A stretch of 59,922 nt of DNA, the filler included. It is 6 parts of 6 records of this genome, joined end to end, with 100 filler letters (N's around TTAATTAATTAA, not from the genome) between each part and the next. Parts side by side here need not be neighbours in the genome. Positions count along the whole stretch, not along the records: positions 21,231 to 44,310 come from SRR31156797_33993; 5 more parts are not named here. One strand, given 5' to 3'. The position numbers and the translations under genes are program-made. Below the pieces are notes generated by a model. That model did no database searches. It was given only the letters and a program-made list of their open reading frames with translations, and was not told the origin of the DNA. This document shows, piece after piece, positions 30,576 through 39,504 of this stretch; position 1 is the first letter of the stretch; every line of letters starts with the position of its first letter.

Positions 30576-31685
30576 ATGCGTGTGGCAATCGTACATTACT
30601 GGCTGGTGGGCCGAGGGGGCGGTGAAAAAGTCCTTGAAGCCATCTGCGATATTTATCCCGATGCAGACATCTACACGCATTGCCTAAACAAAAAGTCGTT
30701 GTCTGATGCAATCAAAACACACAAAATCAATACGACCTTCATCAACAAGCTTCCTTTCAGCAAAAAGCTCTACAAACTCTATCTCCCGTTCATGCCGTTG
30801 GCCCTAAAACGGCTGGATCTATCACAATACGACCTCGTCATTTCTTCTGAATCGGGCCCGGCCAAAGGCGTCGTCACCCGCCCTGGAACCCGACACATCT
30901 GCTACTGCCACACACCTATGCGCTATTTATGGGAGCAGCAGGACTTGTACATGAAATCGTACAATGTTCTTATACGTTTCTTCATGGCCCTCCTCTTTCC
31001 CTCTCTGCGGAGATGGGACGTCGCATCTGCCCAATTGCCCGATGCTATCGCCGCCAACTCACATGCAGTGGCCGACAAAATCAAACGCTGGTGGGGTAGA
31101 GATTCTACAGTCATCCACCCACCCGTTGATACAAAATTCTTCAGCAAATTTCTTCGCGACAATCCCGAAGACTACTACTTATTCGCCGGAAGGCTCGTTA
31201 GATACAAACGGGCCGACTTGGCAATCAAGGCGTGTAACAAATTGGGCAAAAAACTTTTTGTAATAGGAGAAGGGGCAGAAGAAAAAGCATTAAAGTCGAT
31301 TGCCGGACCCAACGTCACTTTTACAGGACGTATTACTAAAGAGAATCTTGCAAAGCTCTACTCCGGCTGCAAGGCTCTCCTGTTCCCGGGTGAAGAGGAT
31401 TTCGGCATAGTCCCGGTCGAAGTCTTGTCCACAGGTCGACCGGTCATAGCCTTTCACAAGGGAGGGGCTTTGGACTACGTCAACGACAATACAGGTATAT
31501 TTTTTGACAAAGACGACGTTGATTCTCTGGCGGATGCCATTATGAAATTCGAAACCAAGCAAGGCGAATTCGATCCACGGGCAATATCAAATTCAACGAA
31601 TTCATTCAGTGAGAAGTCTTTTAAGGATGCTGTGATTACGTTGTTTGAAAAGCACAACTGTATTCGTCAGTTAGTAAAAAAATAA
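30576..31685 (+). CDS. GT4 glycosyltransferase (WbaZ-like)
   Basis: VAIVHYWL, GGGEKVL, YCHTPMRY, EEDFGIVPVE. Confidence 0.9.
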   Translation: MRVAIVHYWLVGRGGGEKVLEAICDIYPDADIYTHCLNKKSLSDAIKTHKINTTFINKLPFSKKLYKLYLPFMPLALKRLDLSQYDLVISSESGPAKGVVTRPGTRHICYCHTPMRYLWEQQDLYMKSYNVLIRFFMALLFPSLRRWDVASAQLPDAIAANSHAVADKIKRWWGRDSTVIHPPVDTKFFSKFLRDNPEDYYLFAGRLVRYKRADLAIKACNKLGKKLFVIGEGAEEKALKSIAGPNVTFTGRITKENLAKLYSGCKALLFPGEEDFGIVPVEVLSTGRPVIAFHKGGALDYVNDNTGIFFDKDDVDSLADAIMKFETKQGEFDPRAISNSTNSFSEKSFKDAVITLFEKHNCIRQLVKK

Positions 31686-33349
31686 TCCGTAACAGTATAC
31701 TCCGGCTCCTGGCCGTGAACGACGTTTAGGGGAACTCCACTCACGGGAGTAAATGGAGCTACCCAATCTCCTGTTTTTAAGATCGAATACGCCACAACCT
31801 CCACAGTGCCTTCAGGCAGCCAAGCCGCCGGAACGAACAGTTCCCACTCCCTGTCATTGGCTTTGGATACACCTACGACTTTGCTATTGACCACTATCAA
31901 GACAGTTTGCTCAACTCCACCCTGCTGCACTTCTCCTCGCAGAAGAAATCCATTCACCCGACCCTCGGCAGCGGTACTCATACCTTCGGATCGGAACGAA
32001 CCAATCGGAATGCTGTCCACAGAGTATTCATCAAATGGCTTGATTCCTTTATAGATGGACAAACGCTTCTCAACAAACAACGGGAGCAATTTCATCAGAT
32101 ATGCAGTATCCGGGAATATCTGTTGCAAGCCCGCATCGTCGGTAAGGGTAAACAGCCCTACCCTGGCTCGCTCAAAGCCAGCTTGACGGTTAAAGACCAC
32201 AATGGACGCCAGAATTGAGGACAAGAAAAAAACAGCACAGCAAGTGACAAGAAATCGCCTGCCCATTCTTAAAAAAACGTCTCGTTCGTCTACTCTTTCC
32301 CAAGCCATGGCAAACAATGCACCAAGCGCCATCCAATATGGCGTTGAAAAGGTGGCGTAGCGGCTCTCAAGCCCCTGCTGGATGCCAAAATCGCACCGAG
32401 CCAAGGCCGTGACCCCGGCGGACATAAGCGAAAAGAGAGCCACGCATAGCCAGGGCAACGCATTGCTAAACCGCTCGCCGCCCTCCTTCCACTCGCGCCA
32501 GGCCAACAAAAACATCAACGGCAAGGACAGACCTCCCACCATGATGGCCAGAGGGTAAAGATTCTTGTCACTTGAAATGGAACCACCCATGTAGGCAAGA
32601 AAATATCCGGCGAACCTGGACGGGGAAGACAGTCCGCTCAAAATCGAAGGATGATGCCCCGGCGACTCGAAACCCACAAAATATCCACTCCATGCAGCCA
32701 CAGTCATGGCACCCCAAAGAACCATCGGTACCCAAATGCCGTTTGTCCTTTTGGCTTGCACAAAAATGATCGGTGCAAGACAAAACCAATAAAACAGGCC
32801 ATTGGCAAAACTGAATGACGGCAGAATGCCGACAACTCCCAACAGCAACAAACGGGATACTGTAGGCGGTCCGCTCGTAGCGACGAGCGCACCGAGCCAA
32901 ACGCCAAGGGGTAAAATCAGCACCGAACTGTTGGCCCCTAAGGAAAATGCCTCCCATTGCACAATGGAAAAGACCAACATAGAAAACACAAGAAAAACGA
33001 ACTGAGGCGTCCGTTCATGAGAGGTCCGGGCATACAAGGCGACGGAAGCCCACCACGTTCCTGCAGCCAACAGAATGTTCAACCCGTACTCGGCGAACCG
33101 GTTGAGCTTAAAGATAGGCATAAGCAGGAAGCCAAAAACACGGGCTGCCAAATTGCGCTGCTCATTTTGTTGCGCGGCAAGGTCGCTCAGTGAAAAAGTC
33201 CCGGCTTTCATCTTGGCGAGGGATTTTCCCCAAATGATCCATTCATCCCAGTGCAGGACATCCACGCTAAAAGAAAAAACCCACACCGCGAGAAAAATGG
33301 GGGGGATTATCCAAGCCCAGATCGGACACCGTTCAGGAAGACGGATCAT
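31667..33349 (-). CDS. Multi-pass membrane protein, possible GT-C-fold transferase
   Basis: Many TM segments, WDEW, QQNEQR, SRYAT motifs, soluble C-terminal domain. Confidence 0.6.
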   Translation of the reverse strand: MIRLPERCPIWAWIIPPIFLAVWVFSFSVDVLHWDEWIIWGKSLAKMKAGTFSLSDLAAQQNEQRNLAARVFGFLLMPIFKLNRFAEYGLNILLAAGTWWASVALYARTSHERTPQFVFLVFSMLVFSIVQWEAFSLGANSSVLILPLGVWLGALVATSGPPTVSRLLLLGVVGILPSFSFANGLFYWFCLAPIIFVQAKRTNGIWVPMVLWGAMTVAAWSGYFVGFESPGHHPSILSGLSSPSRFAGYFLAYMGGSISSDKNLYPLAIMVGGLSLPLMFLLAWREWKEGGERFSNALPWLCVALFSLMSAGVTALARCDFGIQQGLESRYATFSTPYWMALGALFAMAWERVDERDVFLRMGRRFLVTCCAVFFLSSILASIVVFNRQAGFERARVGLFTLTDDAGLQQIFPDTAYLMKLLPLFVEKRLSIYKGIKPFDEYSVDSIPIGSFRSEGMSTAAEGRVNGFLLRGEVQQGGVEQTVLIVVNSKVVGVSKANDREWELFVPAAWLPEGTVEVVAYSILKTGDWVAPFTPVSGVPLNVVHGQEPEYTVTDYFFTN

Positions 33350-34242
33350 CGCCCCTCCCTCATATCGTCATAGAGCCCCATCAGAGTACGCCCCTCAATC
33401 GGCGTCTGCCCCCTCAACCACGTAATGAAATTCCGTAGCTTAGCAACGAATGCCAAAACCGATCCCTCGGTAGGGAAGTGAGGGCTTGCTCCCGGCAGCA
33501 ATTCGGAGGAGTGAAAAAACATGGTCAGTACACGCCCGCCCCTTTTCTGATGGAGGGTAGCAGCCCGCCGCATGACAGCCAAAGAGTGCCAGACCGGCTG
33601 GATGCCCATAGCCCCAACATGGGAAAAATATTTGGTGATCCCCATCGTCTTTGCCGGACCAACCGTTGCCGGAAAAATCGGCACCACGGTCAAAGGCACT
33701 TCGAGCATCGCCTGCTCATTATCGAGCCAATAGGGATCTGCGGACGAATCGAAATATCTGTCTCCGGCCGGAGTCCGTTTCAGGGGGACCACGCTAGCAT
33801 CCACCAGAAATCCGGCTATACGAAGAGCGTCACGGACGGTATCCGAAAAATCCCAGCGGCCCATGCGAAACGACGTCGGGGTGACACCGACATTGTCTTC
33901 AATAGCCCGGACAAGTGACGCCAATTTGGCCTGAACCATTTCGGACGACATGGATGACGAATCAAGCGGGTCGCCGTCATCGTATGGTGGCGTGTTCCAG
34001 GGATGCAGATGCGCGCCAATCTCGGCCCCGATTTCATCTTTCCACCGACGCAAACATGTTGCGCATTCGGCGTCAACGGCCACAGGATAATCAACCAACA
34101 GTGTCAACGGAATATCAAAATCGCGCGTCAGCCATTCAAGCATATCCAGCCGAAAAACATTGGACACACCGGCTCCGCTTCTGGGGTATTGGCCGGAAAA
34201 CAGACCTTCTTCTTCAACATCAAGGGTAATGGCAATTTTCAC
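33346..34242 (-). CDS. Polysaccharide deacetylase family protein (WalW-like)
   Basis: ITLDVEEEG, EIGAHLHPWNTPP, SFRMGRW, FHSSEL; start likely GTG 34242. Confidence 0.85.
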   Translation of the reverse strand: MKIAITLDVEEEGLFSGQYPRSGAGVSNVFRLDMLEWLTRDFDIPLTLLVDYPVAVDAECATCLRRWKDEIGAEIGAHLHPWNTPPYDDGDPLDSSSMSSEMVQAKLASLVRAIEDNVGVTPTSFRMGRWDFSDTVRDALRIAGFLVDASVVPLKRTPAGDRYFDSSADPYWLDNEQAMLEVPLTVVPIFPATVGPAKTMGITKYFSHVGAMGIQPVWHSLAVMRRAATLHQKRGGRVLTMFFHSSELLPGASPHFPTEGSVLAFVAKLRNFITWLRGQTPIEGRTLMGLYDDMREGR

Positions 34243-34257
34243 GAGGCTTCCAAGCGG

Positions 34258-34272
34258 GCACAAGCCGTGCCA
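34258..34272 (-). promoter_or_regulatory. Sigma-54 (-24/-12) promoter
   Basis: TGGCACGGCTTGTGC, GG-N10-GC spacing, just upstream of the deacetylase gene. Confidence 0.6.
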
Positions 34273-34428
34273 CATAAAGTTTATCTGTTAAGAAGAACAA
34301 AACATATATAACTTCTGGTTGCAAGGCCAGCTCCGCTACCGTAGAGTACCATATTTATTGATCGACACGGCTAAAAACACCGCCCCCCCCCAATACTATC
34401 AACATAATAACAACACGACAAAGTCACC

Positions 34429-35643
34429 ATGAGCAAACGAAGCCAGATATCCCCAGCCGTCATAGCCAAAATGTTTATGACACACGCCAGACACCCCTGG
34501 ATCGCCAAGAAACTTCTGGCACTCCAGGCTGAGAAATGGTTCTTTAATCTCCTGCATCCCAACAGGGGGAACGGATATGCCAAGAAGATCCGCCAGTTCA
34601 GCGTGCGCATCACCGACGTCTGCAACCTTCGCTGCATCATGTGCGGCCAATGGGGAGAAAACGGTTTTCTACACGGGAAGAAGCTCGCAGAACTCAAGAA
34701 AGCCGAAGTTTCGCCCGCCCGCTACATCGAACTTCTCGACGACCTTGTGGCCAACGGCCATGAGCCTAATGTCTACCTCTGGGGTGGCGAACCCATGCTC
34801 TACGAAGGCACATTGGACATCATCGAACACGCGGCCAAACTCGGTCTGCCACCGTCCATCGCAACCAACGGCACCAGGATGACCGACGCCATCGACTGTT
34901 TCACTGAGTCGCCGCTGTTCCTGCTCCAGGTGTCCATCGACGGCCACAACGCGGAGCTGCACAACGGCATTCGACGTGGTCCCAAAGATCTTGACGTGTT
35001 CGGCACTATCATGGACGGCTTGTCCAACATGCGCGACGCCCGCGAACGCAAGGGCACCGACCTGCCCATCATCGCGTCCCTGACCACGATTTCCCGCGAG
35101 AACCATGAACATCTGGTAGACATCTACGACAGCCTCGCCCCCATGGTGGATTTTCTCGTCTTCTACCCTTCATGGTGGATAGACGAAGAGAGTGCTCTGG
35201 CTCACGAGCAAGATTTCGCACGCCGTTTCGGCCAGAAGCCTACTCTGCACCGGGGTTGGATCGGTGGCTGGAAGCCTGAAAGCTACGCCCTTATCGACTC
35301 CCAGATGCGAGCCATCAAACGTCGTTCGGCCCGCCTGGGCACCCCGCCCGCAGTGTTCATCCCAAACATCTGCGGCGTGGACAACCTCAAGGAATACTAC
35401 ACCAACCACTCCAACAATTTCGGATTTAACGAGTGCATCTCCATCCATCAGGCCGTGGAGATCGACAGCAACGGTGATATGTCCCCTTGCCGAGACTACC
35501 ACGACTACGTGATCGGCAACATCAAGGACCACACCGTCACTGAACTATGGAATTCGGAACGGTTCAGAACATTCCGCTCCAGCTTACACAAAGACGGCCT
35601 CATGCCCGCCTGCACTCGCTGTTGCGGCCTGATGGGATATTGA
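34429..35643 (+). CDS. Radical SAM / SPASM-domain protein
   Basis: CNLRCIMC, WGGEP, TNGT, VSIDG; C-terminal C...GDMSPC...IGNI...CTRCC. Confidence 0.92.
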   Translation: MSKRSQISPAVIAKMFMTHARHPWIAKKLLALQAEKWFFNLLHPNRGNGYAKKIRQFSVRITDVCNLRCIMCGQWGENGFLHGKKLAELKKAEVSPARYIELLDDLVANGHEPNVYLWGGEPMLYEGTLDIIEHAAKLGLPPSIATNGTRMTDAIDCFTESPLFLLQVSIDGHNAELHNGIRRGPKDLDVFGTIMDGLSNMRDARERKGTDLPIIASLTTISRENHEHLVDIYDSLAPMVDFLVFYPSWWIDEESALAHEQDFARRFGQKPTLHRGWIGGWKPESYALIDSQMRAIKRRSARLGTPPAVFIPNICGVDNLKEYYTNHSNNFGFNECISIHQAVEIDSNGDMSPCRDYHDYVIGNIKDHTVTELWNSERFRTFRSSLHKDGLMPACTRCCGLMGY

Positions 35644-35657
35644 TCACGAGGAGTCCG

Positions 35658-36752
35658 ATGGCAACACAGTCACCTGGCTTGCGGGTCGCCTTCGTCCTGC
35701 AGGATCTCGAATTCGGCGGAACCCAGCGACAAACCATAGAGCTTGTCACCCGCATGGACAGAACCCGATTCGACACGGAACTCTGGGCATTGCGCTCAGA
35801 AGGCGGTTTCATTTCCCGTATCCAGTCTTCGGACGTGCCACTGCGCATTCTTTCGTCCGGCAATACGGTGGGCCTCAAATCCCTGTGCAACCTGTGGCGC
35901 GCCATACGAAATTTCAGACCGGATGTCATCGTCCCCCTCACGGTAGTCCCCAACATCTGGTGCCGCATATTCGGCAGACTCGCATCAGTCCCTCTCATCC
36001 TCGGCACGTGCCGAGGCGGAGCCTCTATCGTGCGCCAACACGAACGATTCCTCTGGAGACTAGCTCACCATCACGTATGCAACGCGAGCCAACTTCGCGA
36101 AACCCTGATCAGCGATCTTGACGTACCCTCGTCGCAAGTGACACTCATTGAAAATGGCATCTCCTCTGACGACTGGACCGACAACACTTTTTCCAAAGAA
36201 GGAAAAAATATCCTGTGTGTCGGCAGGCTCGTGGAAGACAAGGACCATGGCACCCTGCTGCGGGCCTTTGCCAGAACAATGCAGGACCACCAGGATGCCC
36301 GACTAACCATTGTCGGCGACGGCCATCTGAAACAGAACCATCGTCAGTTGGCAACATTATTGGGTATTGCCGATGCCGTCACCTTCATGCCGGGGCAAAC
36401 AGACCTGACATCGCTCTATGCAGCCTGCGACATTTTCGCACTCTCTTCATCCACCGAAGCCTCGCCCAACGTACTCATGGAAGCAGCAGCCGCAGGAAAG
36501 CCCGTTGTCGCGACCAACGTCGGCGGCATCCCTCGTCTGATCCTAGATCAAAAGACCGGCCTGCTTATAGACAGACAATCCCCGGAGGCCATGGGACAAG
36601 CCCTATCCAAACTGCTGACGGACACTCATCTGCGCCGAGAAATGGGACAGGCGGCTCGGGGTCACATCAAAAAATCCTTCGGCATGAAAAAAATGGTCAG
36701 AAGCTACGAAACACTTCTGCAATCACTTGCCGCCCGACAAGTGGAGGAGTAA
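35658..36752 (+). CDS. GT4 glycosyltransferase
   Basis: GGTQRQ, VGRL--DKDH, EASPNVLMEA, ATNVGGI; GAGGAG RBS before ATG 35658. Confidence 0.9.
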   Translation: MATQSPGLRVAFVLQDLEFGGTQRQTIELVTRMDRTRFDTELWALRSEGGFISRIQSSDVPLRILSSGNTVGLKSLCNLWRAIRNFRPDVIVPLTVVPNIWCRIFGRLASVPLILGTCRGGASIVRQHERFLWRLAHHHVCNASQLRETLISDLDVPSSQVTLIENGISSDDWTDNTFSKEGKNILCVGRLVEDKDHGTLLRAFARTMQDHQDARLTIVGDGHLKQNHRQLATLLGIADAVTFMPGQTDLTSLYAACDIFALSSSTEASPNVLMEAAAAGKPVVATNVGGIPRLILDQKTGLLIDRQSPEAMGQALSKLLTDTHLRREMGQAARGHIKKSFGMKKMVRSYETLLQSLAARQVEE

Positions 36753-36754
36753 TC

Positions 36755-37789
36755 ATGGCACGAATCCTTTATGGCGTGATGGGCGATTCCGGCGGACATA
36801 TCAACCGATCGCTGGCCGTGGCTCGCGAACTGCCGGAGCACGACTTCCTTTTCGTGGGCGGCGGTCAGGTCAAGGAAACCCTGAGACACGGATATGATTA
36901 CTCACCACTCCCCATGATCTCCACTGTGGTAAAAGACAACAACGTCGCCGTACTGGCTACCATAGCCAACTTCTGCAGGATCATAACCGGCTACATGGAA
37001 ATCATCAACAACCTGTGCAGGGTCATCGAAAAATTCAAGCCCGACCTTGCCATCACGGACTATGAATTTTTCCTGCCAAAAGCGGCCCGCAGATGCGGTA
37101 TCAAATGCGTCAGCCTCGACCACCAGCATATCATCACGCACAGCAGACACACTCCTCCCATAAAAGAAACCCTGAGCCGACTGACAACCACGGCTTTGAT
37201 CCGTCACCTGTTCAGCGATGCCGACGAATTCATCGTCAGTTCTTTTTTTGACCTGCCGCCCGCAGACAGCACAACCATCATTCCGCCCATCATTCACAGA
37301 GACATCCTGAATGTCACGCCCAGCGACGGCGAGCATGTGGTCGTCTACCTACGCACGGGCATCAACTCAAAACTTCGAAGCAACCTTGAAGCCATCGGAC
37401 GCGAGTGTCGCATCTACGGCATGGGCAAAGGCACCAGACAGGGAAACCTGATTTTCAAAGGGCCATCAAGGTTCGAATTTCTCCATGACGTCGCTTCAAG
37501 CAGATACATTATCTGCAACGGTGGACACACCTTGACTAGCGAAGCCCTCCAATTGGGTAAACCGGTCTTCGCGCTCCCTGCCACGCTTTTTTATGAGCAG
37601 TATATCAACTCATATTTCCTGAAAAAATTAGGGTATGGCGACTTTGCCAATGCCCATGAGAATCACGATGAGGCTTTACGTCGCTTCGATGATCATCAAA
37701 ACAAATACAAAAAGACTTTGGCGGGAAAGGACTTCTTCGGCAACAATCTGATAGCCAACACCATCAGATCACTTGTGGCTTCATGCTGA
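36755..37789 (+). CDS. MJ1255/VC2487-like GT-B glycosyltransferase
   Basis: ILYGVMGDSGGHINRS, ITDYEF, DHQH, CNGGHTLTSEA, EQYINS; GGAGGAG RBS; the track ORF is over-extended. Confidence 0.85.
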   Translation: MARILYGVMGDSGGHINRSLAVARELPEHDFLFVGGGQVKETLRHGYDYSPLPMISTVVKDNNVAVLATIANFCRIITGYMEIINNLCRVIEKFKPDLAITDYEFFLPKAARRCGIKCVSLDHQHIITHSRHTPPIKETLSRLTTTALIRHLFSDADEFIVSSFFDLPPADSTTIIPPIIHRDILNVTPSDGEHVVVYLRTGINSKLRSNLEAIGRECRIYGMGKGTRQGNLIFKGPSRFEFLHDVASSRYIICNGGHTLTSEALQLGKPVFALPATLFYEQYINSYFLKKLGYGDFANAHENHDEALRRFDDHQNKYKKTLAGKDFFGNNLIANTIRSLVASC

Positions 37790-38078
37790 CGCGCTTGGCC
37801 TTGAGGGACAACCTGGAACCACTCATGGTCGTCAGGATTCCGGCCGCGAAATTCCGACCTAACGCCTTTCCGATAAAACTTCTTCCCTTGTAGTGGCTAG
37901 CGTTGACGTTCACGCCGTCAACTTCGCCCAGGAAGTGATAGATATCCTTTGACCCCATAAATCCGATAACTTCGGCATGACCAGCTACTTTTCGACCTTT
38001 TTGCTCGACGTGGATGATAATGTCGGCAATAAGATATCGAGTTCGCCATATGCCGGTAAAATCAAAATTTTTCATCAT
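37764..38078 (-). CDS. Small beta-rich hypothetical protein
   Basis: GGAG RBS before ATG 38078; FTGIWRT start. Confidence 0.55.
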   Translation of the reverse strand: MMKNFDFTGIWRTRYLIADIIIHVEQKGRKVAGHAEVIGFMGSKDIYHFLGEVDGVNVNASHYKGRSFIGKALGRNFAAGILTTMSGSRLSLKAKRVSMKPQVI

Positions 38079-39482
38079 CGTCTCCGCTCGTTCCTGTTCC
38101 TGTTGTGCTGGACAAAAAAACTCGCAACTTGCCAAGCAGGTGCTGTACGGAGTAGTAATAGTAAGGGTCAACACCAGTTGACCAAACAGGATATTAAAAA
38201 ATCCGCCACAAACAATCAAGTTACAGACAAAAAAACGCAAGCCCACCAGATGAGCACCACGTCCCCCCTTCAAACAAGCCCCTCTTTCACTCCCAAAATC
38301 ATTCGTGGACATGGCAGGATTGCTCAAACCGTGCCTACGGGCCGCCTTGCTCTTGGTCTAAAGAAAACTCTCGCTTGCAGCATGGCTCTCGCAATTTTCT
38401 TATTGTTCCCGACCACCGGCCATTGTGCGCCGACCATTACCCAAATAAATCAAACATTCATAACAACCAGTGATGGCAGTCGAGCACTACTCCTCACGTG
38501 CACGATCCGAATGGACCACACCACAACCAGTCCGGCACTTGAAGTCAAACTGCTTGATGACACGGGGAAAAAGCTATCAAGGCGTACGAGCTACGGAGGA
38601 AGGAATTACGACACGGCCACGCTCTCCAAATTGAGTTTTCTTGCGGCTACTGCGGCCGTAAGCTCTCCCACCCCCAGCCGAGCAAAACCGAAAGCGGAAC
38701 GAGTTTACCAGCTTCTCCTGCCCTGTCCGACGGAAGATACCATCAAGCTAGATGTCTCTTTGCTCACCGACGTTCCCCCTCTCAATAACTCGGCAGAATC
38801 TCTTCAAAAGCCCACTATCAGGGCAGGATCGGGTTCCATTAAAACTGACGGGCTCTTCCTGTTGAAATCCTTTGCCCCATTCACCTATGCCGAAACTGTC
38901 AAATCATTCCCCCAGAAACATAGGCCGGGACCTTCCCACGAGCTATCAACACAACTTCCCGCAACGCAATCGTCCAGCTCAACCTTGCCAGCACCGCAGC
39001 CCAAAACGGCCAGCCATTTTGACAAGTCATACAAGCAGCTAAAAAGGTACGGCATTGTCCCATATTGGGAATTGCTCACATTTGGCTGGACTGTTGAGGA
39101 TGTGGCTAAAAAACTTGCGAAACAAACGCTTAACTCGTATACTGATAATTCTTTGGTTGCCTCTGCCTGCACAGGCAATATCTGCGACTACAGACTAAAA
39201 AACAAACCAAAAAAATCCAAAGAGGTAGGGTTCTTGTTCATGGATGAAAGACTTTATGCCATGACTGTCGACATCTCTACCAAAAGCATGGTTGAACGAC
39301 GAAGTCTGGTGCAGGCACTTGCGACCTTATATGGCGGTACTGTTTGGAGCAGAAGTCGTGGTCCCGAAATGGGCAACGACGTCAGCAGGCTTGAGTATAT
39401 GGCCGAGACCTCTGGCTTTTCATTGAAAACCACAGGCAATAAGCTACGAATCTTTGCCGCCGACGCGAACAACTATAATTGA
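37977..39482 (+). CDS. Hypothetical, probably exported protein (true start likely downstream, ~38250-38382)
   Basis: Long ORF with signal-like segment MALAIFLLFPTTGHCA; ends 22 nt before the PKS. Confidence 0.6.
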   Translation: MTSYFSTFLLDVDDNVGNKISSSPYAGKIKIFHHRLRSFLFLLCWTKKLATCQAGAVRSSNSKGQHQLTKQDIKKSATNNQVTDKKTQAHQMSTTSPLQTSPSFTPKIIRGHGRIAQTVPTGRLALGLKKTLACSMALAIFLLFPTTGHCAPTITQINQTFITTSDGSRALLLTCTIRMDHTTTSPALEVKLLDDTGKKLSRRTSYGGRNYDTATLSKLSFLAATAAVSSPTPSRAKPKAERVYQLLLPCPTEDTIKLDVSLLTDVPPLNNSAESLQKPTIRAGSGSIKTDGLFLLKSFAPFTYAETVKSFPQKHRPGPSHELSTQLPATQSSSSTLPAPQPKTASHFDKSYKQLKRYGIVPYWELLTFGWTVEDVAKKLAKQTLNSYTDNSLVASACTGNICDYRLKNKPKKSKEVGFLFMDERLYAMTVDISTKSMVERRSLVQALATLYGGTVWSRSRGPEMGNDVSRLEYMAETSGFSLKTTGNKLRIFAADANNYN

Positions 39483-39504
39483 TTTTTAACATATTCGGAC
39501 ACTA

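Noticed and set aside
35547-36754. Long N-terminal extensions of the two GT ORFs (starts 35547, 36215)
   Set aside because: They overlap upstream genes; RBS-backed starts at 35658 and 36755 fit the family N-termini.
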